This document shows positions 12,437 through 31,100 of a stretch of 45,051 nt of DNA, one piece after another (within the stretch, counting starts at the first letter, position 1; each line of letters starts with the position of its first letter). The position numbers and the translations under genes were made by a program. The notes under the pieces were generated by a model that made no database searches, was not told where the DNA came from, and worked only from the letters and a program-made list of their open reading frames with translations. The DNA comes from Salpingoeca rosetta. Its lineage: Eukaryota > Protista > Choanoflagellata. The DNA lies in contig JAWQFM010000022.1 of assembly GCA_033442325.1 (NCBI GenBank), positions 1,213,777 to 1,258,827 of the forward strand. The letters are read 5' to 3'.

Positions 12437-13861
12437 GCGGAGAAGGAGATTGATTGTGCCGTTAAGTGCACTTCAGATGCAATCAAAAAAACACGCACAC
12501 ACACTCAAGCGCGCACACACACTCACACACTCAAGCGCGCACACACACACTCACACGCTCAAGCGCGCGCACACACACACACACCCTCAAGCGCGCACAC
12601 ACACACACACCCTCGAGCGCGCGCACACACACTGCGGTTTGTCTTACTGTGGTATGCCAAGTAGCAGGAGAGGAAGGCAATTGTATGCACATTCACATCC
12701 ATGTCCAATATGTTCGCTTGAGTGTCTACAAGAGCAAACTTCCACGCTTGCGCCTAAAACAGGCATGTGTGCAGGGAGGTGAATGGAGAGCAATGCGTTG
12801 TGGTGTGCCCATTGCTTCACGCGCTCACGTGCAATCAATGGAGTGTGTTCTACTGCATCACACACACATACATACACACGCGCCTGCATACCAAGTATTC
12901 GAGGGGCTGCACAAACGCAAGATCTGCAATGGCTGGTGATGCGGTGACCAGAACAAAACACAAAGTGAGCCGTAGATGGTGAATGCAACAGATTCAAGAT
13001 GTATGCAATGTATCCAAACACACACACACACTGGGACTCACTTGGGTTGAAGCGAACGGACGTGTCAAAGGCGTCAAGATGTAGCACCGAGGCAACGCTC
13101 TAATGATGGTGGGTGGTGGTGATGGTGGGAAATGAGAGTAAACGGATGTGGCACGACACAACATGTGGCAGGTAAGCGGATGACAGCGAAGATGACCACG
13201 ATGGAAGCCACACATGCAATGGAAACAAGACATGCACTTACGATGGTCAGGAAGGCGACGAAGACGAGGTCCACGGCCTCAGCTAAGACCCGTCTCCATA
13301 TTGACGCTGGCACGTGCACAAAATGTCGACATAGAGAGCACGCGTGCAGGTGTGTGTGTGTGTGTGTGTGCGTGTGCGTGTGAGAGAACGGGATAACGAG
13401 AGAATGAGAGAATGGGAGAACCAGGGGATGAGGGAACGAGGGGATAGGGGAACGAGGGAATGAAAGAACAAGATAGAAAGAGACAGAGAGAGACAGACAG
13501 ACAGACAGATAGAGAGTGAGTGTGTGTGCATGCGAGCGACAAGGGTGATGCTCGGGAAGGTCAGGCTGGCATAAGCAGCAGTTAGACGTCACACCTTCAT
13601 CGTGACATCGTCGTACCTCGATTGCGGATGATTGTTGCGAAGAGGACCCGATACGTGAGATCAGCGACAGCGTTACGGATTGCTCGCTGGTGCCGCGCAA
13701 TCGCGTTGTCAAGCTGCTGTCGTTCTTGCTGCTGTGGTTGTTCTTGCTGCCGTTGCTGGTGAAGTTGTTGTTCTAGCCGTTCAATTTGTTGTTCGAGTTG
13801 CTGTTCTTGTTGTTCTTGTTGTGCGTGCAGTTGCTGCCAATGCCGCTGCCAGTGTTGTTGC

Positions 13862-13895
<34 letters not shown>

Positions 13896-14049
13896 GCTGT
13901 TGTTGCTGTGTGGGTGGGTGCGGGAGGGAGTCCATCCACTTCTTCATGTCCTTGCGGTACTGCTTCAGGTCTCTTGCCCTCACATACCCATATCGCGGCC
14001 TCCCCATTCCCGCACACACCTGCATGTCATCATCGAGCGCTGATGGCAT
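11942..14049 (-). CDS. FAM8A1-like RDD-family membrane protein, multi-exon, Q-rich N-terminus
   Basis: ATG at 14049 (MPSALDDDMQ). YRKDMKKWMDS then polyQ; spliced ASIWRRVLAEAVDLVFVAFLTI (RDD Arg and first Asp, AExVD as in FAM8A1); ALYIWWLGRTAGMFVTNLVVV; C-terminal YAHDTIVGCHVVVARLQR* (last Asp); TAG at 11942-11944. Confidence 0.75.
12495..12632. repeat. Intronic minisatellite, about 5 copies of CTCAAGCGCGC(AC)n
   Basis: Directly visible. Confidence 0.8.
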
Positions 14050-14186
14050 CGTTGCGGTTGTGTCGATGTCCGTCACGACATGATAAATTGCAGCGCGCAC
14101 CGGCTGAGCAACAACCACCCTGCTCACCCTCTCTCACACACTCGCTTGCTTGCTTGCTGCTTGTTTGTTTGTCGACGACAAACAAC

Positions 14187-22210
<8,024 letters not shown>

Positions 22211-22496
22211 ACTCTTGTGTTGTGTGCGTGTGCGTGTGCGTGTGCGTGTGTGCGTGTGTGTGCGATGTGTTGTGTTGTGTTGCTGACACTTCCTTTTCCT
22301 TGCCATAGCGGCAGGGGTTGAGATGCTTGCACACACTTCTCTTGTTTCGTTACGTGGTAAAAGTGAATGAATGGACGAATGAATGGATGGATGAATGAAC
22401 AACCACCACGCATGAGTGACAAGTAACAAAGAAAGCGCAGATAGGTGAAAACAACAGTTCTCGTTGCCTAATCTAATCACACACGGGATACGAGCA

Positions 22497-24371
22497 CTAC
22501 TTATCAATAACATCAAAGCTGATGTATGCAAAGCCAAGCTTGAGCAGGAGGTCAAGCAACTGGCAGAGCACGTACAGCAGGATGGGCTTGCCGCCCTGCA
22601 TCTTGCTTGCGAGCTTGCGCAGGTCGCTGCTCAGACCAATGCCGACAAAGCCCAGGCAGAAGAACCACTTTGACACGGCCTGCACGCCAACCTTGAGCGA
22701 CGCCTGCTCCTCGTCGCTAACAGACGCGTTGATCACCGTAATGATCGTGGAGCAAAACAGAAACCCAAGCACAAACTTGGGGAACTTCTCCCACAGCTGC
22801 AGCGCAATGCTCTGCTTGCCGCACTTGCTGTTGGTTCTGCCGCTGCTGTTGCTGTTGCTGCTGCTGTTGTTGTTGTTGTTGCCAAATGCGCGTGGTTGTG
22901 CACGTGCATCCTCGCCATCCATCAACTTAATTGAGCCGACGCCATCTGCACCATCGTCACGATAGCCATCACCATCGCCATCACCGACACTGTTGGCGTT
23001 GTCCTTGTCGCTTGCGGTGGCCGTGGTGCCGTTCCCGTTCTCCACGATCGCCATCTGCAGTTCATCGCCACCGCTGCCATTGTGCTGCTGCTGCTGCTGC
23101 TGCTGCTCCGTCTTTGCCATAGCGGCGTTGCTCCTGATCCAGTACAGCGATACGGCCACGGCCACGGGCCCAATCAGGATGTTCTGCACAATCTTCACCG
23201 TGGAGGCCACGTCGACCGCGCACGTGCCGTCACCACCGTCACCGCTGCCGTCCTCACACGAGACGTCGGCGAGCTGGTCGTACACGCTGGCCGCGGCAAC
23301 AACGGCGCCCGTGGCGTCGACCGAGGAACCGAGCCACGCGGCGGCAACCTTGAGCGGCATGCCGGCGTAGTAGGCGAGGTACGGCAGGCCAATCATCTGC
23401 GGGATGGTGAAGAGGTTGATGATGGCGATGCACAGGGCGAGCACCTCCGTCTCGCCGCCAACGCAGCCGTGGATGGCGGTGGCCGCGGAGGAACCGCAGA
23501 TGCATGTGCCGCACACGAGGATGAAGGCAAGCGAGCGCTCGCTGCCCATTTTGAGGACGAGGAACGCAAAGAGGAGGGAGGCGACGATGACCATGGGCGT
23601 GGGCACCCAGCTGCTGAGGAGGCCCGGCCCGCCGAGCGCGGCCACGGAGCGCAGGTCCAGGCCCAGCAAGACGAGGCCCACCTTGATGAAGAACTCGCCC
23701 TCCTTGCCCGGCTCGAGCCACTTGGGGATGAGGCGGAAGTTGGAGATGAGCATGCCGAAGACGAGCGCCCACACCTCAAAGGTGATGCCGTAGCGGTCGA
23801 TGGACGCTTGCTCGCCGAGCCAGCGCGCGACGAGGCCAATCAGCGACACGCAGCCGATGGCAGCAACGTTGCGACCGACGCACGCGCGCAGGGAGAACGC
23901 CTCCGCGGCATCGCGCCCGAGCTTGTGGCGCGAGAGCCATGAAATGGTGGAGAGCGCAAACGTAATCGCCGCAATGGACCACACCAGCACGAGGGTGAAG
24001 CCCACAATTTGGGGGGTTGACGTCCACGCGTCAAGCGGGCTGGACGTCCAGTTCTTGGGTGTGAGGGCGTCCACGTGGTAGTTGAGCGTCACCGCGATGA
24101 CGGGCACGAACATGATGAAGCTGATCCAAACAGACCACCAGTCCTTGCTCAGAAACAGCTTGTGCACCAACCATGTTGGGCAGCACCAGCACCAGCACGA
24201 AGTGCCGGGAGCAGTGCCGGTGTGCGCGGTTGATGATGATGACAGGGCAAACGCTGAGGATGATGCTGAGGATGACAAGGATGGCGACGCTGGAGCAGAG
24301 GCGTTGGATGCCACCAAGGAGGCGTTGTTCTCGCCTTGTCCAGCAGACGGCGGTGCTGTTGTCGACGCCAT
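22497..24371 (-). CDS. YeiH/UPF0324 (putative sulfate exporter, Cons_hypoth698) family transporter, intronless
   Basis: Uninterrupted ORF (alternative ATG at 24446) with about 12 hydrophobic segments and family motifs KDWWSVW, EFFIKVGLVLLG, GTCICGSSAATA, AWLGSSVDATGAVVAA, TVKIVQNILIG, LWEKFPKFVLGF, WFFCLGFVGIGL. Confidence 0.85.
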   Translation of the reverse strand: MASTTAPPSAGQGENNASLVASNASAPASPSLSSSASSSAFALSSSSTAHTGTAPGTSCWCWCCPTWLVHKLFLSKDWWSVWISFIMFVPVIAVTLNYHVDALTPKNWTSSPLDAWTSTPQIVGFTLVLVWSIAAITFALSTISWLSRHKLGRDAAEAFSLRACVGRNVAAIGCVSLIGLVARWLGEQASIDRYGITFEVWALVFGMLISNFRLIPKWLEPGKEGEFFIKVGLVLLGLDLRSVAALGGPGLLSSWVPTPMVIVASLLFAFLVLKMGSERSLAFILVCGTCICGSSAATAIHGCVGGETEVLALCIAIINLFTIPQMIGLPYLAYYAGMPLKVAAAWLGSSVDATGAVVAAASVYDQLADVSCEDGSGDGGDGTCAVDVASTVKIVQNILIGPVAVAVSLYWIRSNAAMAKTEQQQQQQQHNGSGGDELQMAIVENGNGTTATASDKDNANSVGDGDGDGYRDDGADGVGSIKLMDGEDARAQPRAFGNNNNNSSSNSNSSGRTNSKCGKQSIALQLWEKFPKFVLGFLFCSTIITVINASVSDEEQASLKVGVQAVSKWFFCLGFVGIGLSSDLRKLASKMQGGKPILLYVLCQLLDLLLKLGFAYISFDVIDK

Positions 24372-24453
24372 GCGGCTGTCCCTAGACTCCCTGCTTCTCA
24401 GCGGAAGCCGTTCCTCTGACGTGCTGCGGCTGAAACTCCAAACCATGCGTGTG

Positions 24454-24512
<59 letters not shown>

Positions 24513-24560
24513 GGGTGCGGAGGATCCGTGGGCATTTTCAGCGAAATTTCTTCAACCGTG

Positions 24561-25471
24561 ATGATGAGGATGCTTGTCGCAGCGTTCTTGTTGGTGTCGG
24601 TGTTGGTGGTGGTGGCAGTGGCGCCAGGGATGGTGCGTGGCGATGAGCGCGTGGCGTACCGCGTGGCCCCCGATCCGCCGGCGCCGGTGATGTCGTCGCC
24701 CTGGGTTGAGGGTGAGCACGTGTACTTCGCCACAAACGAGCCCGCAAACAAGATCTTCAAGCTGGAGGCGGCGACGGGGAACGTGGTGTGGTCGCGCACG
24801 ATGGGGACTGGGCGCAATGGCATGCGCGACTCGATTGTTGTTGTTGACGGGCTCCTGCACGTTGGCACGGACAACAACACGTTTGCGGCGCTGGACGCGG
24901 CCACGGGAAACACGGTGTGGGCATTCACGCCCCCGCCACAGAAGTGCTGGGATGCCAAGTGGTACCGCCAGTGCGAGGCGTACTCGTCGCCGCTCATCCA
25001 CGCAGGGCGCCGCTTCCAGGGCAGCGAGGACGCCACGACGAGGTGTTTCAACGCCACCACTGGCGACCTGCTGTGGACCCAGCACGCTGGCGACCAGGTG
25101 AACAACTCGCCTGTCGTGGATCCGAGCGGCACCGCCATCTGGATTGCAGCCAACGACGGTTTCATGTACAAGCTGGACGTGAGCACGGGCAAGGTCCTGA
25201 GCAAGTTCCAGCACTGTGGCTCTTCGCACACCAAGCCAGCAATGGACAATGAGAGCGGCATCCTCTTCTTCAGCTGCTTCCGTCCTGATCCAGACAACCC
25301 TTCTCTTCGTCATGGCGGTATTGTCTACGCCCTCAACACCACCTCCAACAAGGTTCGGGGAGGTGTGTGTGTGTGCGTGTGCGTGTGTTGTTGTTGTGTG
25401 TGTGTGTTTGATTGTTTGTGTGTGTGTGTGTGTGTGTGTGTTTGATTGTTTGTGTGTGTGTGTGTGTGTGC

Positions 25472-25510
<39 letters not shown>

Positions 25511-26092
25511 TGTGTTTGCGTGAGTGTGTTTGCGTCTGCGTTTGCGTGAGTGTGTGTGCGTGAGTGTGAGTGTGTGTGCGTGAGTGTGAGTGTGTTTGTG
25601 GAGAGGTCTGTTAGACATCTGTGGACTTACCCCTCCCCCCTCCATGCGACCATTCACGCTTGTTCATTCCGTCTCTGCATTGTTGCTTCACCGTCACCAT
25701 CACTCATGTGCGTGCAGGCTCTTTGGGAGCACCAGGGCGTGGGTGGCACCGTGCTTCACATCAAGGCCTTGAACATGGTCGTCGTGGGCCGGTTCGACGG
25801 CACGGCGTATGCCGCTGATCCCATCACCGGTGCAGTGAAGTGGGAGGTGACCAACCTGCCCAACCCCAAGGAGTTCTTCGGCCCGTTTGTGTTTGACGAG
25901 GAGCGCGGACGCATCTATGGCGCAACCCTTCGCGGCATGTTCTATGCACTCCAGCCGGAGACTGGCGAGCTCTTATGGGACTTCCAGGCAGGGGGCATGA
26001 TCCCTGTGCCGATGGGCCCTCGCCTCTCCTCTGACAAGATGCTCGTCTTCTTTGGCTCCTTTGACAAGCACTTCTACGCCCTCAACCTCTGA
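24561..26092 (+). CDS. Secreted PQQ-like (BamB-type) beta-propeller repeat protein, 2 exons, about 388 aa
   Basis: Signal peptide MMRMLVAAFLLVSVLVVVAVAPG. Repeated A(L)DAxTGxxxW blades (KLEAATGNVVW, ALDAATGNTVW, FNATTGDLLW, AADPITGAVKW, ALQPETGELLW) with SSP motifs. Exons 24561-25352 and 25718-26092, phase-0 GT-AG intron. Confidence 0.85.
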
Positions 26093-26443
26093 TTGTGTGT
26101 GTGTGTGTGTGCATTTGCTCTGATTTGCTCTCTCTTTGCTGCTTGAACGTGGTCATGTAATAATGTATCACCATGGCATATCTCCTCGTGTGGCTGTGTG
26201 TGTATGTGTGTATGTGTGTGTGTGTTTGTTTGTTTTGGTTCGATGCTTGAACGTGGTGTGTCACATCACACTGTCACACATCACATCATGTCACATCACA
26301 TCACACTGTCATGTCACACATGGTTGCCAGCATTTGCCAAAAATAAACCCAGTCAGGCATTCATTCATTGTTGTTACAAAACACCAACCACCACGAACAC
26401 AGACAGCGACCCCCCTCCCCAACAAACTTGCACCATACCTGCC

Positions 26444-28120
26444 ATGACCACCACCGTTGTTGTTGTGGGAGGCGGCATCAGCGGCCTGGCCTTTGCCTGC
26501 GCGTTTCTTGGGGAGGAGGACGAGCAGACGCAAACCACGCAGCACAGCACGCAGCACAGCACGCAGCACAGCACGCAGCACAGCACGCAGCACAGCACGC
26601 AGCACAGCACGCAGCACAGCACGCAGCACAGCACGCAGCACAGCACGCAGCACAGCACGCAGCACAGCACGCAGCACAGCACGCAGCACAGCACGCAGCA
26701 CAGCACGCAGCACAGCACACAGGAGAGCACACAGGAGAGCACACAGCAGGCACCCAAGGAGACAGCCAACCGCAATGCAGCCCACGCAGCCAAGAAGGTG
26801 GTGGTGGTGTTGGAGCGAGCCGCGTCTCCAGAGGACATGCAGACGCAGCTGGGCCACTCGCTCTCGCTGCGCGCCGACGCGGGTGGTGTGGATGCGGTCG
26901 CACGCCTTGGCATGGAGGAAGAGCTGCGGTCCTTGGCCACAGTCTCCCAAGGCCCCGTCTTGGCGGAGGTCGTGCAGCGGCATGTGCGCAAAGTGATTGC
27001 ATCCGACGAGGTGCTCGCCAACGCCCGTCGTCTTGGCATTCGCATCAGCCGATTTGTGCTCTGGCAGGCGCTGTTGAAGCGAGCACAGGCACTGGGCGCA
27101 GACGTGCGCTTTGGCGCAGAGGTAACCGGGCTACAGCAGATTGAGGCGCTCAGCCACAAGCGCAACCAAGACAGGCTGAGCAGTGTCACAGCAACAGCAC
27201 AGGCCGCAACACAGTGCGTTGATGTGACGCTGGCGGACGGCTCGGCGCTGCGGGGCGACGTGCTTGTGGCAGCAGATGGCGTTGGATCGACAGTCCGTCG
27301 TATGCTGGAACCAGAGTGGACGGCAGATGTCCTCGACACCGTCATCGTTGGTGCCACCGTGAACGTCGACGACATGGACGCCGCGCTTCCGCCAATGCTC
27401 CACCGCCGACACGGCCTCGTGTGCGGCCGCGAAGGTACAGCGCTGTTTCTTGCTGATGAAGGAGACAACCGCGTCTTGGTCGCCCTCGCGCTCCCCACGC
27501 CCCCCTCAGAACAGGGGACCCTGTACGCACACGACGCCCTCCGCCACGACGAGGCGCTCATGGCCCGCGCGCTGGGGGCTGCCGCTGAATATGGCGACAA
27601 GCTGGAGGCGTTGATCACACAGGCCGTCACGGCACCTTCGTCGTACGTGCGCATGTGTCGCGATGGTGCCTGCGTTCCACCGCGCGGCCGCGTCGTCTTC
27701 ATCGGCGACGCCAGCCACCCCGTCAGCCAGTTTGGCGGCGATGGCGCGAGCATGGCGCTGTCTGACGGCGTCGGGCTTGCTAGCATGCTGTCCCGCGCGG
27801 TGCAATCTGCAGCCCAAGGAGGGCATGGCGAGGGAGACGCATCTTCCTCCTCCCCGGTCGATGTACAAGGTGTTTTGCAGCAGTTCTTTGCACAGACGGC
27901 ACCAGCATGGCGCAAGGCACGACAGTCGCCCCACAACGCGGCCAAAATCCTCCTCACCAGCTCGCCGACCGCCTTGTTCCTGCGTGACACGGCGTTTGCG
28001 ACCACACGGGCAGCCGTCGCACACCCCCGCGTCTCCGCCATCACAGCAGGCGTAGCGCTCGCAGCGCTGGCTGCTGGTGTTGCATATGGCACACGACGTC
28101 TCATCCGCGCACTCGCTTGA
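26444..28120 (+). CDS. FAD-dependent monooxygenase (class A, FAD_binding_3-like), intronless, 558 aa, C-terminal hydrophobic tail
   Basis: GxGxxG motif VVVVGGGISGLAFA; DG motif LVAADGVGSTVRR; GD motif RVVFIGDASHPVSQFGGDGASMALSDG; tail VSAITAGVALAALAAGVAYGTRR. Confidence 0.9.
   Translation: MTTTVVVVGGGISGLAFACAFLGEEDEQTQTTQHSTQHSTQHSTQHSTQHSTQHSTQHSTQHSTQHSTQHSTQHSTQHSTQHSTQHSTQHSTQESTQESTQQAPKETANRNAAHAAKKVVVVLERAASPEDMQTQLGHSLSLRADAGGVDAVARLGMEEELRSLATVSQGPVLAEVVQRHVRKVIASDEVLANARRLGIRISRFVLWQALLKRAQALGADVRFGAEVTGLQQIEALSHKRNQDRLSSVTATAQAATQCVDVTLADGSALRGDVLVAADGVGSTVRRMLEPEWTADVLDTVIVGATVNVDDMDAALPPMLHRRHGLVCGREGTALFLADEGDNRVLVALALPTPPSEQGTLYAHDALRHDEALMARALGAAAEYGDKLEALITQAVTAPSSYVRMCRDGACVPPRGRVVFIGDASHPVSQFGGDGASMALSDGVGLASMLSRAVQSAAQGGHGEGDASSSSPVDVQGVLQQFFAQTAPAWRKARQSPHNAAKILLTSSPTALFLRDTAFATTRAAVAHPRVSAITAGVALAALAAGVAYGTRRLIRALA
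26537..26740 (+). repeat. Coding 12-bp tandem repeat ACGCAGCACAGC x15 (TQHS) plus 2 TQES variants
   Basis: Directly visible; in frame within the monooxygenase ORF. Confidence 0.95.
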
Positions 28121-28137
28121 GCAGGCGTGCACTATGG

Positions 28138-28186
<49 letters not shown>

Positions 28187-31100
28187 TCGTCTTTCGTTTA
28201 ATCAAGCGCTCTTGTGTCGCTAGGCATCGTGAGGGCCGACTTTAGCTGCGGAGCTTCTTGATCACTCTGACGAGCTTATATACTTGCACGCATGCATGTA
28301 CACATGCATGCCAACACACCAGAGCAGTCATTGGCTGTGGGTGGTTGCACTGACATGTGTGTGTCACATGAATCAATCACACAACTCAATGTGCGTGTCT
28401 GCGTGTCTGCGTGGCTTCAGGCGGACGTTGTGCGGGCTCCCCAACCGATTTCCCTTCCTCATTTCCCAACCAATCCCCTTTGCTCTGTGTCATCATCATC
28501 ATCATCAGCCTTCCCCATGCGATGTGGAGCTGTGGAGGCGTGATCGAGACAGCGGCCAACACAGGTATTGCAGCAGTGGTGGATATGGTGGTGGTGTTGT
28601 GTGCGTGCTTGCTTGCTTGCTTGTTGGGTGCTTGCTTCGTTGTTCTTGTGTGTAGGTGATGCACCCTGCCCACATCATGCTGCATATTCTCATGCGTGGT
28701 CCCTTGTGTCCCTCCTTTCCTGTTCTCACCACCACCGGCTGGTGTTGTTCGTCTTTGGTTGGTTTCTTCTTGCCTCACAGGCACGCAGGGCAGGCTAGCT
28801 CGCTGCTGATTGCTGCTGCTGTGATGATGGCCGTGCGTGTGCCTGTGCGCTGTGCACCGTGTTTGGGGCTGCGCCGATGAAGACAAGGAAGGACACGGCC
28901 CGTGCCCACCACTCTTCCCCTTCATCTCCTCTTTCTGCTCCATCAGCGATGACGATGGTGGCCGTGGCATGTGATTGCGGTTCCTTTTTCTAACTTTCGC
29001 TGTGACACATCGGCTGGCTGGCTGGCTGCATCAAGCACAGGTGAGCATGATCGTTGGCGGTTGGTTGGTTGGTTGGTGGGCTGGGTTATGTGGAGTGGTG
29101 GGAAGCAGGGGGAGGGGGAGGTGACACGGTGATGGTGATGGTGGTGGTGGTGGTGGTGCGACGTGGGAGTGCAGAGCGAAAGGAGGCAGAGGGAAGGGAA
29201 GGGATGAAGGGCGGGTGATGTTGGTTGGGGGATGGGGGTGCGCGTGCACATGCACGTGATATCATGTGGTGGTAATATCGCATGACAATGACACACATAT
29301 CAGTGGCTCATTCCTTTTCCTTACACCTGTGTGTGATTGTGATGATGACTGCAGCAGGCAACACACTGCGGTGGACGCTGGATTGGATTGGCTGGGGTTG
29401 ACTGGCCGTCGTGTCGTGTCGCCCATTTCTCTCTCTCTCCGTTGCTCATCTCAACTGGGAACACACACGGCCGTGTGTGCGTGCGTGCGTGTACATGTGT
29501 GTGCATCGCCATCAACCACGCCGACAGCGACACGCTGCACGAGGTGAGGGCACGCAATGGTGTGTGTTTTGGTGGAAGGGGGTTGAGGGGAAGTGGGGAG
29601 GAAGGCGTTCATCATGGCCATCATCACCACCACGGTTGAGCACCTGGTCATGTGACCGTGCATGGAGATGAGGAGATGTTGTCGTTGTAGTGGTTGTGGT
29701 GGTTGTGGTTGCATTGCTGTGCATGCGTGTGCATGGTGCGCTGTCTCACTCTGCGATGCCATGTGTGACTGTGTGTGCGTGACTGCAGATGTGCGTGCGT
29801 GTGCGCATATGTCAGGCAGACGCGTTGATCGACGCCGAGGTGTGTGTGTGTGTGATTGTGATTGACCTTTGTGTGCTTGTGCCATCACAACAATGCACAA
29901 CACCAAGCACATCATCATCATCATTCCACCTCGTGTGTAGTTGTTGTTCACTCATGCATGGCATGCTCACATCCACCGCCCTCCCCTTGCTTCTTCCTCT
30001 CCTGCTGCTGCCACCCCTCCCACTGTTTCCCACCACCCCCTTTTCACACCCACAGAGAGAGGAACCCATCCACATCCAACACCCACATCCACGCATGCCA
30101 CGCCATGGCGAGCTGTGCCACCTCAACCAACCCAAGTCAACCCAGGCCGAGGAAAGGATGGAGGGAAAGCAAGGACAGAAGACGTGGGGCTCCCAATAGA
30201 TGTGTGTGTGTGTGTGTTGGTGGACAGTGTCCTCCCCCCGCCCCTCCATCGCCTCGCCTCTTTCTTCCATGGCGATCTGGCTGGGTGGCTGTTGCCTCCT
30301 CCCCCTTGTTTGTTTTCTCTTCCAGCCCTTTGTGGCTGTTGGTTGTCTGTTGTGACTGTGAGGAGGAGGGAGGAGGAGGAAGCGAAGAAGGGAAGGGGAG
30401 GGGAGGAGAGGGGGCGCATGCTGTCCACAGCTGTGTGTGTGCGTGTGCGTGTGTTTGTTTCTTCTTCTTTTCCATCCCCCCTTTCTTCTCCCCTTCCCTT
30501 CCCAGCCTGCAAGGCCTGTGAGCCTGTGTTGCATTCACACACACAGTGCTGTTCCCCTTCTTCTTCTTCTCCTCCTCCTTCTGCTTCTTGTCTCATTGAA
30601 ACCAACCACCCAAGCAAGCAAGCAAGTCCGCCCTTCAACAAGCAAACGCAGAAAGCAAACAGCAGTTGCCGCACAAACGCAGCAGTGGGCGATTATTTGT
30701 GGCATCTTCCACAAATCGCCCAAACACGAACCAACAAGATCACACACACAAACAACCAGCAGGCGAAAACACGAATCAAGGTGCGTGTTTGTGTGTGTTT
30801 GAGTGGGTGGTGGTGGTTTGCGTTGTTCGTGTGCGTGGCTGGCGCAGGGTTGGTGGAGAGGAGGGAGAGGGTGCGCGTTGTGACGGGCACTCACTGGCGG
30901 TTCTGTTGTGGGTGGTTTCGTTTGGTTCCATGGACTGTGTGGGGTGTGGTGGGTGATGGTGTGATGGTGAACAGGTGCAAGCAGAGAACATGCACAGCAC
31001 CGCCCACACCATGGATGTGTGCAGGGCCAAAGGCATGCAAGGCGTTGCCCACGGTCGGTGAGGGTCACATATGTGCTGCACAGGCCCATGGCACGCTGGC

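Noticed and set aside
26374-28104. 576-aa antisense ORF over the monooxygenase
   Set aside because: Shadow ORF of a GC-rich coding strand with no recognisable motifs.
22497-28120. Bacterial contamination
   Set aside because: Contiguous with host genes and contains a spliceosomal intron, host-type microsatellites and polyQ insertions.
28186-28290. Hammerhead ribozyme (CTGACGAG) or solo LTR
   Set aside because: No GAAA core follows on the same strand, and no TG...CA termini with target-site duplication or PBS were found. Kept only as an unexplained hairpin.
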